From Candidatus Dadabacteria bacterium (lineage in GTDB: Bacteria; Desulfobacterota_D; UBA1144; Nemesobacterales; CSP1-2), in the NCBI GenBank assembly GCA_963805855.1, contig CAWDVW010000005.1, forward strand, positions 128,001 through 192,000: DNA of 64,000 bases, given 5' to 3'. Below are positions 43,462-51,268 of the stretch, piece by piece. The stretch's first letter is position 1; the number at the start of each line of letters is the position of its first letter. Made by a program: the position numbers and the translations under genes. The notes under the pieces are model-generated. The model had not been told where the DNA came from, ran no database searches, and worked only from the letters and a program-made list of their open reading frames with translations.

Positions 43462-45867
43462 ATGAGTAGATTTTACATTGGACTTTTTGCTGTAATGACC
43501 CTGGTGGCAGTGTCTTATTCAGGTGTTGTTATTCCTCAACTCAGCGAGCAATCAGAAGCCAGACACTTCAGAAGAAATCTGGTAACGTTTTGTTACACAC
43601 CACGCTATCATTCAGAAAATTCTCGTACTATTAGAGTTGCCAAATTTTGGGCGAATATTCTCATCCGCTTTAACCTCGGCTACCTTGGTGAATGCGACTC
43701 GGACGGAGATGGTGTCCCAGACAACACAGACGAGTGCACGAATGACCCTAACAAGTCCGAGGCCGGGCAATGTGGCTGTGGAAACCCCGATACAGATACC
43801 GACCAAGACGGCATTGCGGATTGTAATGACCTTTGCCCAAACGGGACGATTGATTCTAACGAACAGTGTGACCCACCTGGTAATCCATGTGACAGTGATG
43901 GCGATGGTTTTCTTGACGGGTTTTGTGACGCACAATGTCAGTGCCCACTACCGCCGCCAAACTGTGGAGACGAAAACATCGATCCTGACGAGGAGTGCGA
44001 CGACGGAAACAGTAATAATGGTGATGGCTGTAGGATAAACTGCACTGAAGAAATATGCGGGGATGGAATAAAGGATCCACAAGAGGAATGCGATGATGGA
44101 AACAACGCAGACGATGATGGCTGCCAAGGAGACTGTACGTTACCCAGTTGCGGTGATGGGGTGATAGACCCGCTTGAGGCGTGTGACGATCAAGGCGAAT
44201 CCGCTGAGTGCGATGACGACTGCTCTTTGGTCATGTGTGGTGATGGAAAACTAAATCAGACCGCCGGCGAGGAATGTGATGACGGGAACGACACCAGTGG
44301 TGACGGTTGTAGCAACTCTTGTCAGTCAGAGTCGGTTTGCGGGAACGGAGTTATCGAAGGAAATGAAGCGTGCGATGATGGTAATACAGCTTCAGATGAC
44401 GGCTGCAGCGCTACGTGTTCGATTGTTGAAGACGGGTTTGTTTGTCCACCCGGGGGCGGGTCTTGTCGGCCCATTATTTGCGGCGACGACAACGTCGACC
44501 CCGGTGAGGAGTGCGACCCACCGGGTGGCGCGTGTGATTTCAATATGGACGGAAACATTGATGATGGTAAGTGTGACGATCAATGTCAGTGTCAAGCGCT
44601 ACCAGCAGGATGTGGTGACGCAGTGAAGAACAGAGACGAGACGGATGTTGACTGTGGAGGATCCTGTCTGCCATGTGTCGAAGGAAAGGATTGCTCAACT
44701 AATTCTGATTGTGAGAGTAACTTCTGCGCCGCAAACGTATGCCAAGCCACAGCCTGTGGTGACGGAGTTGTGCAGGGAAATGAGGAGTGCGATGATGGAG
44801 CAGCCAACTCAGATTCAGCACCCGATGCCTGCCGTACAAACTGCATTAACCCATTTTGCGGAGACGGTGTGCAGGATACCAGTGAGGAGTGCGATGATGG
44901 GAATAATGAAACCGGCGACGGTTGTCGCGAAGACTGTACAATACTGGGATGCGGAGATGGAATTGGAGATAGCGAGGTCTTCGTCAACGACGGCGTCTTG
45001 TCGTTCTTCATCGACACATACGAGGCATCGCGCCCCGACGCGGACAGCGTCCTACCCGGCGTCGCCGAGCACCGCGCCTGCTCGAGCCCTGATAAGCAGC
45101 CGTGGGTAAATGTGAGCTGGACCGAGGCCGATGCTGCCTGTACCGCCGCCGGTAAGCGGCTGTGCACCGAGGAAGAGTGGGAGCTGGCGTGCGCGGGCAC
45201 CGCCGACAACATGTTCCCGTACGGGAATGACTACGACGACGAGGCCTGCAATGGCAAGGACTACAATCCAAACTGCAGCGGGGAGGACGTGGATCTGGCG
45301 TTGCCGACCGGAACTGATTACGGCTGCCCGCCGCCGGGGGACAACGCTTGCGAGAGCGAGTTCAGCGCCTTCGATATGAGCGGAAACGTCGAAGAGTGGA
45401 CTGCGACGCAGGTCCTTCTGGATCCGCCGAGCTACCAAGTCCGCGGCGGGTCCTTCGACTCGGTCGGACTCGGGCTCACCTGCCAGTTTGACTTCACAGT
45501 CTTGACGGAGAGTGCCTCTGCTCCTTTCCTGGGATTCCGGTGCTGCCGCGACCCGCAGTGTGCCGCTGGATTTGGCAACTGCGACGGAGACCCCAGTAAT
45601 GGCTGTGAAACGAGTTTGAATACTGTAAGTAACTGTGGCGATTGCGATAGTATTTGTTCAAATCCTAACGGGAGCACAAGTTGTATTGGGGGTGCCTGTG
45701 CGCCGACATGTGCACCTGGATTTGATGACTGCGACGGAGACCCCAGTAATGGCTGTGAAACAGATTTAAATAATGATTTAAATAATTGTGGCGGCTGCGA
45801 TAATGTATGTCCCGATGCTGGTGGGAGTCCAAATTGTGTCGGGGGTATCTGTGGAGTCGAAAGCTGA
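43462..45867 (+). CDS. Secreted Cys/Asp-rich repeat protein with TSP3-like and DUF4215/Myxococcus-type Cys repeats plus an FGE-sulfatase-like domain
   Basis: Signal peptide; DSDGDGVPD; many CGDG...EECDDGN...DGC units; RLCTEEEWE.AC, DMSGNVEEW, RGGSF, GFRCC; CDGDPSNGCET repeats. Confidence 0.85.
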   Translation: MSRFYIGLFAVMTLVAVSYSGVVIPQLSEQSEARHFRRNLVTFCYTPRYHSENSRTIRVAKFWANILIRFNLGYLGECDSDGDGVPDNTDECTNDPNKSEAGQCGCGNPDTDTDQDGIADCNDLCPNGTIDSNEQCDPPGNPCDSDGDGFLDGFCDAQCQCPLPPPNCGDENIDPDEECDDGNSNNGDGCRINCTEEICGDGIKDPQEECDDGNNADDDGCQGDCTLPSCGDGVIDPLEACDDQGESAECDDDCSLVMCGDGKLNQTAGEECDDGNDTSGDGCSNSCQSESVCGNGVIEGNEACDDGNTASDDGCSATCSIVEDGFVCPPGGGSCRPIICGDDNVDPGEECDPPGGACDFNMDGNIDDGKCDDQCQCQALPAGCGDAVKNRDETDVDCGGSCLPCVEGKDCSTNSDCESNFCAANVCQATACGDGVVQGNEECDDGAANSDSAPDACRTNCINPFCGDGVQDTSEECDDGNNETGDGCREDCTILGCGDGIGDSEVFVNDGVLSFFIDTYEASRPDADSVLPGVAEHRACSSPDKQPWVNVSWTEADAACTAAGKRLCTEEEWELACAGTADNMFPYGNDYDDEACNGKDYNPNCSGEDVDLALPTGTDYGCPPPGDNACESEFSAFDMSGNVEEWTATQVLLDPPSYQVRGGSFDSVGLGLTCQFDFTVLTESASAPFLGFRCCRDPQCAAGFGNCDGDPSNGCETSLNTVSNCGDCDSICSNPNGSTSCIGGACAPTCAPGFDDCDGDPSNGCETDLNNDLNNCGGCDNVCPDAGGSPNCVGGICGVES

Positions 45868-45930
45868 AACGCTGGACGTGATGACTGCGACGGAAACCCC
45901 AGTAATGGCTGGGAAACAGATTTAAATAAT
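45868..45930 (+). pseudogene. In-frame relic of a third C-terminal repeat beyond the TGA
   Basis: Reads NAGRDDCDGNPSNGWETDLNN, near-identical in DNA to 45724-45774. Confidence 0.8.
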
Positions 45931-45945
45931 AATGAAGAAGAAAAT

Positions 45946-45989
45946 GGGGACAGGCACTAATGAATTAAAAAGTTAGTATCTGATTCCCC
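45946..45989. repeat. GGGGACAG-family imperfect palindrome
   Basis: GGGGACAGGCACTAA...TTAGTATCTGATTCCCC; sister copy at 46722-46763. Confidence 0.65.
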
Positions 45990-46023
45990 GCTGTCAGGCA
46001 CCTGACATCTCGCGACGCGAAAG

Positions 46024-46071
46024 GAAGGATTTCTTGCTGAAGCTCGAAATGACAAAAATAGAAAACGATAG
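46024..46071 (+). repeat. 48-bp direct repeat, copy 1
   Basis: 44/48 identical to 48007-48054; the last 30 bp (GCTCGAAATGACAAAAATAGAAAACGATAG) are identical. Confidence 0.9.
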
Positions 46072-46072
46072 T

Positions 46073-46096
46073 AAATAAAGGGGACGCAACCCTTTA
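46073..46096 (+). repeat. REP-like hairpin, an empty copy of the IS481 target
   Basis: AAATAAAGGGGACGCAACCCTTTA matches the reconstituted IS481 insertion site. Confidence 0.85.
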
Positions 46097-46099
46097 GAA

Positions 46100-46169
46100 C
46101 AGGATGCACGATCCATGATGCACGATGCAGGATGCGAAATGCAGGAGACAGAAGACGGAAGACAGAAGA
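46100..46169 (+). repeat. Degenerate heptamer tandem array (10 units)
   Basis: CAGGATG CACGATC CATGATG CACGATG CAGGATG CGAAATG CAGGAGA CAGAAGA CGGAAGA CAGAAGA. Confidence 0.85.
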
Positions 46170-46368
46170 CAAACAAAATGGGGACAGAAACTTATTTTTA
46201 TGAGGATTATGGAGTTCGAATTGGAGAAAACATAACATCGATTTTGAAACAATTTTAAGGATTCCCAGAAAAGATTTATTGAAAACAGGGAGAGACACTT
46301 GTTATTTTTCTTAGTATTAGATGCAACGCCGATGTTACTAGAAAAAAACATTTTAAGGAGGATGTAGA

Positions 46369-46653
46369 ATGAAAAAAATCACGTTAGCTTTCCTGATGAT
46401 TATTGCTTTTGTGTTCTCCGTGATACCCAGCGCATCTCCGCTGGCTCATGCACAAGATCTCTGTGAGTACCAGCCTTTTATCTTTTGGACGTGCGAGGAC
46501 ATTCCTGACCCCGAATGCATTAGTGACCCCGGAATAGCCGGTCGGGACCCCGACCGACCCCAGTGCGGGGTACCGAGCAACTTAGACAGTTTCCTAGACT
46601 GTTGCCATGAATGTGACGGAACCGTTGTCCGCAACTTTATACACTCAAACTAA
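46369..46653 (+). CDS. Small secreted Cys-rich hypothetical protein (94 aa)
   Basis: AAGGAGG RBS; Sec signal ending AHA; 7 Cys in the 66-aa mature part. Confidence 0.75.
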   Translation: MKKITLAFLMIIAFVFSVIPSASPLAHAQDLCEYQPFIFWTCEDIPDPECISDPGIAGRDPDRPQCGVPSNLDSFLDCCHECDGTVVRNFIHSN

Positions 46654-46721
46654 AGATGTGATCCGTGAGTTACGGTCTGTAACAAAAATGAGCATTTGCA
46701 CAGGTGCTCATCCTGAAAAAT

Positions 46722-46763
46722 GGGGACATACACTAATTATTAAATAGTTAGTGTCTGTTGTCC
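46722..46763. repeat. GGGGACA-family imperfect palindrome
   Basis: GGGGACATACACTAA...TTAGTGTCTGTTGTCC. Confidence 0.65.
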
Positions 46764-46894
46764 GATCGTTAGGCGCATATCGTGGCTGTAGAAGCGAGAT
46801 ATTTCCAGAACTAATTTTTAAAAGCATTTTCTTCAAATATCTTATTTTTCTTTCTAACTTCTTTGTCTTGATACTTACAAATAAAGGGGACGCA

Positions 46895-47918
46895 TGTAGA
46901 TGCTCAGTAATTAGGTAACTCTTTTGGTAAAATGAATTAATCAAAGGAGGCCTAATGAGACATCGAGATATTGTTATTGTAAAGAGATGGATTCCTATTC
47001 TTGAGGAATACGAAAGAACAAGGGCCAAAGTAACCCCAAGACCATTTAGATTTGTAAAAGACCTTTGCGAAGCCCACCATATAAAGAAAAAAGAGCTGCG
47101 TCGTTACTATTGCAAATGGATAGAAGGCGGCCGAAAACAAGAGAGCCTTTTACCGGATAAGCGGGGTCCAAAACCAGGGAGTCGTAGAACACCTAAGGAG
47201 ATGGAAAGAAACATAGTAAAGGCATACAGGCGATTCGGATCCAATAGATATGAGTTAGTTCTATTATTTAAACCATATTACTTAGATAAGACACCTTCAC
47301 CAGCCACGATGGATAGAATAAAGGCACGTTATCCATTAAACGGGTCTGCAAAGAAGATTATCAAGCGTTACGAGAAGCAAGCCCCAGGAGAATTGGCTCA
47401 CATTGATTTAAGCAAGGTACCGAGCGACATAAGATATTCTCTTAAGATAAAAGGGCTCTACATTGCAGCTTTGTGTGATGACTGTACACGCATTAGCTAT
47501 GCTGAGATACTTAGGGATAAGAAAGCTTCAACATTAACGTATTTCATGGCACGTTCATTGTCTTGGTTTAAACAAATATACAACTTTGAATTTGAGTCAA
47601 TCATGTCAGATAATGGACCTGAATTTAGGGGCAAGCTGCGATATGAACATCCATTCGAGACGATGTGCCAGGAGTTAGGGATAAAGCATATTAATACAAG
47701 AACGAACAGGCCGCAAACAAATGGGAAGATAGAAGCATTTTTCAAGATAGCTAAGAAGGAGTTCTTTTATCCAAATAAATTTGAATCTGAAGAGGATCTA
47801 ATCTTAAATTTAGGGAATTTCCTATTTGAATATAATCACCTTAGAAGACATGGGGGATTGAATTATGAAACGCCATTTGATAAGTTACAAAAAGTTACCG
47901 AATTAGTGAGCTAGTACA
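46895..47918 (+). mobile_element. IS481-family insertion sequence (1024 bp)
   Basis: TGTA...TACA ends; IRL TGTAGATGCTCAGTAATTAGGTAACT vs IRR TGTACTAGCTCACTAATTCGGTAACT (21/26 identical); 5-bp target duplication ACGCA at 46890-46894 and 47919-47923. Confidence 0.9.
46955..47914 (+). CDS. IS481-family DDE transposase
   Basis: RYEKQAPGELAHID, DDCTR, SDNGPEF, RPQTNGKIE, YNHLRRHGGL. Confidence 0.92.
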   Translation: MRHRDIVIVKRWIPILEEYERTRAKVTPRPFRFVKDLCEAHHIKKKELRRYYCKWIEGGRKQESLLPDKRGPKPGSRRTPKEMERNIVKAYRRFGSNRYELVLLFKPYYLDKTPSPATMDRIKARYPLNGSAKKIIKRYEKQAPGELAHIDLSKVPSDIRYSLKIKGLYIAALCDDCTRISYAEILRDKKASTLTYFMARSLSWFKQIYNFEFESIMSDNGPEFRGKLRYEHPFETMCQELGIKHINTRTNRPQTNGKIEAFFKIAKKEFFYPNKFESEEDLILNLGNFLFEYNHLRRHGGLNYETPFDKLQKVTELVS

Positions 47919-48006
47919 ACGCAACCCTTTATTTCCTGTGATAGAAGCTTGTTTTGATCGAGGTGAAAAACGTTAGAGATTCCTCAGTCGTGTGACTGGT
48001 TCAAAT

Positions 48007-48054
48007 GAAGGATTTCTGGCCAAGGCTCGAAATGACAAAAATAGAAAACGATAG
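48007..48054 (+). repeat. 48-bp direct repeat, copy 2
   Basis: Matches 46024-46071. Confidence 0.9.
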
Positions 48055-48219
48055 AGGGGTCAAAAAAAGAGGAGATTGCTTCGCAGGAGCTGGCAATAAC
48101 GTCTTTGTGCATTCCCGATTAATGCATTCGGGACTTACGGCAGATAGAGTACAGGTGCTGAAAAAATTATGGTGAAAGGCAAGATGCTTTGACCCCTCAA
48201 GAACTATAAGGAGATAAAT

Positions 48220-48489
48220 TCATTCATAGTGCGTCCACATTCGTATAATTTTTACCGTCTTTATATCTTCTAAGACCTGATAAACAAGACGATGCTGAAT
48301 GCTTATTCTCCTAGAATAGGCACCCGAGAGGTCGCCAACCGACTTTTCAAATGGTGGGGGAGTTTTGAAGGGATTTTCACGGATGATCTCTAACAAGGAT
48401 TCTGCTTTGTCTCTAAGACCTGCCTGGGAAATGCTCCTTGCGTCCTTTTTGGCTTGTCTGGTAAAAACCAATCGCCAAGGACTAGTCAC
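48220..48489 (-). CDS. yoeB: Txe/YoeB family toxin
   Basis: PPFEK.VGDLSGAYSRRI..QHRLVY...MWTHYE; GTGA overlap with the antitoxin stop. Confidence 0.93.
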   Translation of the reverse strand: MTSPWRLVFTRQAKKDARSISQAGLRDKAESLLEIIRENPFKTPPPFEKSVGDLSGAYSRRISIQHRLVYQVLEDIKTVKIIRMWTHYE

Positions 48490-48728
48490 CACTCAGGTTC
48501 CTCAGAGCACTCCTCTACTGGCGTCTGAAGCCCTTCAATTATTGATTCCCTCATCCCTGGGATAGACAACAAGTGAAGTGTTTCCTGGATGGATCGCCAA
48601 TCCTCTTCAGATATAAGAACGGCATTTGAACGCTTACCGGATATATAAATCGGCTCATGGGATTCACTAGCCTCGTCGATCAACCTGTATAAATTGTTTC
48701 TTGCTTCGGTCGCTTTTATGATCTTCAT
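48486..48728 (-). CDS. yefM: Phd/YefM family antitoxin
   Basis: ATEARNNLYRLID, NAVLISEEDW..IQETLHL. Confidence 0.93.
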   Translation of the reverse strand: MKIIKATEARNNLYRLIDEASESHEPIYISGKRSNAVLISEEDWRSIQETLHLLSIPGMRESIIEGLQTPVEECSEEPEW

Positions 48729-48744
48729 TTAATCATCTCAACTA

Positions 48745-48770
48745 AAAGTGTACGTTAAGACGTACGCTTT
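48745..48770 (-). promoter_or_regulatory. Palindromic operator of the toxin-antitoxin operon
   Basis: AAAG-T-GTACGT-TAAG-ACGTAC-G-CTTT just upstream of yefM; GTAC-core palindromes are typical of yefM-yoeB promoters. Confidence 0.7.
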
Positions 48771-48941
48771 ATCAAATATTTAATCCTTTTGCAGTCTTCG
48801 ATAGTCAAAAAAGCCTTTTAAATCATTAAAGTGGGGCGCTTGCCCCTTTTAACCCCTTCAACCCGAATTTCATGAATTGTGAAACCTTTAAAAACAACAC
48901 GCATCTTACACTAAAACAAAGCTCAATTTAGGAGGTGTAGT

Positions 48942-49463
48942 ATGAAGAGATTAATTCCCGCAGTTGTGATTTTCACGGCTTTTGCTTTTTTATCCGTGAA
49001 TATCGGATACACGGAGTCACACGACTCCTCCAAAATGGCCTCGGATCTCTGGAACAAAATTCAAGGTGAGAAATATACGGAGAACTGGGCTCTTTTTCCC
49101 GGAAAGGGGAAATTATACAAAGGGACGGAACCCCACGGTATGCTGCTGACTACTTATGTAAACAAGACTGCCGAACAGGGATTAACATCGGGCGCTAAGC
49201 AGCTTTCCAAGGGCTCTATTCTGATCAAGGAAAATTATATGCCGGACAAAACCCTTGCAGCGATCACGGTGATGGAAAAGACAGGGGACGGGAAGGATGA
49301 CTGGTTCTGGGCTAAATACAATCCGGACGGCACTATTGCGACAATGGAAATGGAAAAGGACGGAAAGAAGATGACTATGGCGGTAGCCGGAGGCCAGCAC
49401 ACCATGTGTGCAATGTGCCACGCAGCTTCAACAGGCGGGATTCATAATATTATGACGAAGTAA
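48942..49463 (+). CDS. Cytochrome P460/c'-beta-like monoheme protein
   Basis: Signal peptide, TYVN, GSILIKENY, TVMEK, DWFWAKY and a single C-terminal CAMCH. Confidence 0.8.
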   Translation: MKRLIPAVVIFTAFAFLSVNIGYTESHDSSKMASDLWNKIQGEKYTENWALFPGKGKLYKGTEPHGMLLTTYVNKTAEQGLTSGAKQLSKGSILIKENYMPDKTLAAITVMEKTGDGKDDWFWAKYNPDGTIATMEMEKDGKKMTMAVAGGQHTMCAMCHAASTGGIHNIMTK

Positions 49464-49469
49464 AACTGA

Positions 49470-49683
49470 CGGGGTCAGTGCTGAACATTATACTGTCTTT
49501 CCTAATTAAGAAGAGAACTTACAACAGTCATTATCGTTCAAACAAATGCCCTGCTTCAGATTACCACGTGCAGTCCGTTGGCGCATGGCCCCTGAAAACC
49601 GTAACATCAATGGCCAGGCCATACCGTTAAGTATACGCAGATTTAAGCAAGGAATTTCAGTGGAAGGTTTAGGGCTGACCCCG
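49470..49683 (-). mobile_element. Non-autonomous relic of a REP-associated tyrosine transposase (RAYT) locus
   Basis: Inverted CGGGGTCAG ends; the internal minus frame 49622-49491 reads MAWPLMLRFSGAMRQRTARGNLKQGICLNDNDCCKFSS*LGKTV, resembling RAYT N-termini. Confidence 0.65.
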
Positions 49684-49725
49684 GCTTTGTGAAACTTATT
49701 ATGATTATCTTCATCAGATAATTAC

Positions 49726-50702
49726 ATGACCAGAATTTTGTTTGCAGCATTGTTTACTCTCATTGCCCCTAATATTTACTCGCAACCTGCATACTCCACT
49801 GATACACCGAATGGCTTTGACATCTCCAAAAGCCTTATCCCGAAGGACGAGATACATTCCGGCGGTCCACCAAGGGACGGAATTCCGGCAATTCTCGAGC
49901 CAAAATTTGAATCTGCCGGGAAAGCGACATGGCTGAATGACGATGACCTGGTGACCGGGGTTAATATTAACCGTGTTCAAAAGGCATACCCCCTCAGGTC
50001 CTTGTATGGCATGAGGTAGTAAATGACAAGGTAGGAAGTATGCCTATTCTGGTATCTTATTGTCCCCTCTGCAGCTCTACAATCGTGTTTAGCCGTGAAT
50101 TCAGCGGTAAGGAACTAACCTTCGGAATATCTGGACTCCTCTATCAATCTGATGTTTTATTCTACGACCATCAAAACGAAAGCCTGTGGTCACAACTAGA
50201 GATGAAGGCAGTAACGGGAAAGAAAATTGGCACAGACCTAGCGATAGTTCCTTCTGTGCTTGCTACATGGAAGGAATGGAAAGATAAACACCCCAATACT
50301 CTAGTCCTTTCGAGAGACACAGGATTTAGCGGGAATTTTACTCGCGATCCGTATGGCGGATATGAAGACTCAGACCTTTTAATGTTTCCAGTAAAAAACA
50401 GGAGCAATAGGTTCCATCCAAAAGAAAGGGTGCTAGTTGTTATTGTTGGGGATATTGCTAAAGCATATCCATTTTCTGAGCTCGAAAAAGTTGGAACACC
50501 ATTTGAAGATAAGATAGGACAACAGGAAGTAGTAATAAAATATGGAGACGGCCATTATGTCACTGCGACTGATAAATCCGGACAACCAATTAAATCCTTT
50601 GTCGCCTACTGGTTTGCGTGGTACACATTTAGGCCAGATACACTTGTATTCAATTCAAATTCACAGCCCGACTCGATCGGTCATAGTCATAGGGGTTTTT
50701 AA
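49726..50702 (+). pseudogene. DUF3179 family secreted protein with one frameshift near 49998
   Basis: SGGPPRDGIPA, KAYPLR/LVWHEVVND, SYCPLC, FGISGLL, YWFAWY; joins into 325 aa. Confidence 0.87.
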
Positions 50703-50969
50703 CCTTCTCACACGGTTTGCGGATACATTCAAGGTAGACCTCGAAAATTAAAGTAAAGTGTGATATTCCGGACTTACTCTGCAATGTCATCGGAATTTCA
50801 TTCTATGGAGTTCCTCGGAACGAACCTGTTTAGTGAGATTGAGTCCATGTCGCAATTCAAATTCAATAACGGTAAGATCAGCCGTGTGTAAGAGTGTTTC
50901 GTAAACCTTTACAAAAAGCCTAGCCCTTGATAACCTTCCACTTACTTTCTCGAATCAAGGAATGCAGCC

Positions 50970-51200
50970 ATGAATAGTAGTATTTCCATTTTTTTTAAAA
51001 ACTTTTTTAGAAAGGAAACTACAAATAGGGCAATAAAAGTCGCACTGGTAGTGGCGCCGATACTAATAATTATCAATCACCACGATGCTATCTTGGAATT
51101 TAAGTTCACACACTTATTCTTTATTAAATGTGTACTAACATTTCTCGTCCCGTATTGTGTTTCGGCTTTTTCTTCCGCCCGCGCATATTCATCAAGGTAA
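50970..51200 (+). CDS. NrtS-family small membrane protein
   Basis: RAIKVALVV..ILIIINH...LTFLVPYCVS. Confidence 0.75.
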   Translation: MNSSISIFFKNFFRKETTNRAIKVALVVAPILIIINHHDAILEFKFTHLFFIKCVLTFLVPYCVSAFSSARAYSSR

Positions 51201-51268
51201 GGAGTAATTGACCATTCATATCAGTGATAATTAATTTGTTGAACCGGATTTTTTGCGGAGTCAGTCCA

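Noticed and set aside
43612..45677. Many overlapping alternative-frame ORFs inside the Cys-rich gene
   Set aside because: Expected from repetitive and GC-rich coding sequence.
45865..45913. Selenocysteine recoding of the TGA with hairpin CCCAG-TAATGG-CTGGG as SECIS
   Set aside because: Short stem, no G at the start of the loop, and a neighbouring Cys-to-Trp change points to decay.
44975..45930. Diversity-generating retroelement (FGE/CLec domain plus a near-identical downstream repeat)
   Set aside because: No reverse transcriptase in the window, the repeats lie outside the CLec domain, and the differences include a T/G change, not only adenines.
45957..46351. Minus-strand ORFs of 60-113 aa
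   Set aside because: They run through the heptamer array and REP-like repeats and give low-complexity translations.
46600..46620. Heme c motif in the small Cys-rich protein
   Set aside because: The sequence is CHECD, not CxxCH.
50760..50900. Possible SnoaL/NTF2-like gene remnant (...FKFNNGKISRV*ECF)
   Set aside because: Similarity is too short to support without a profile search.
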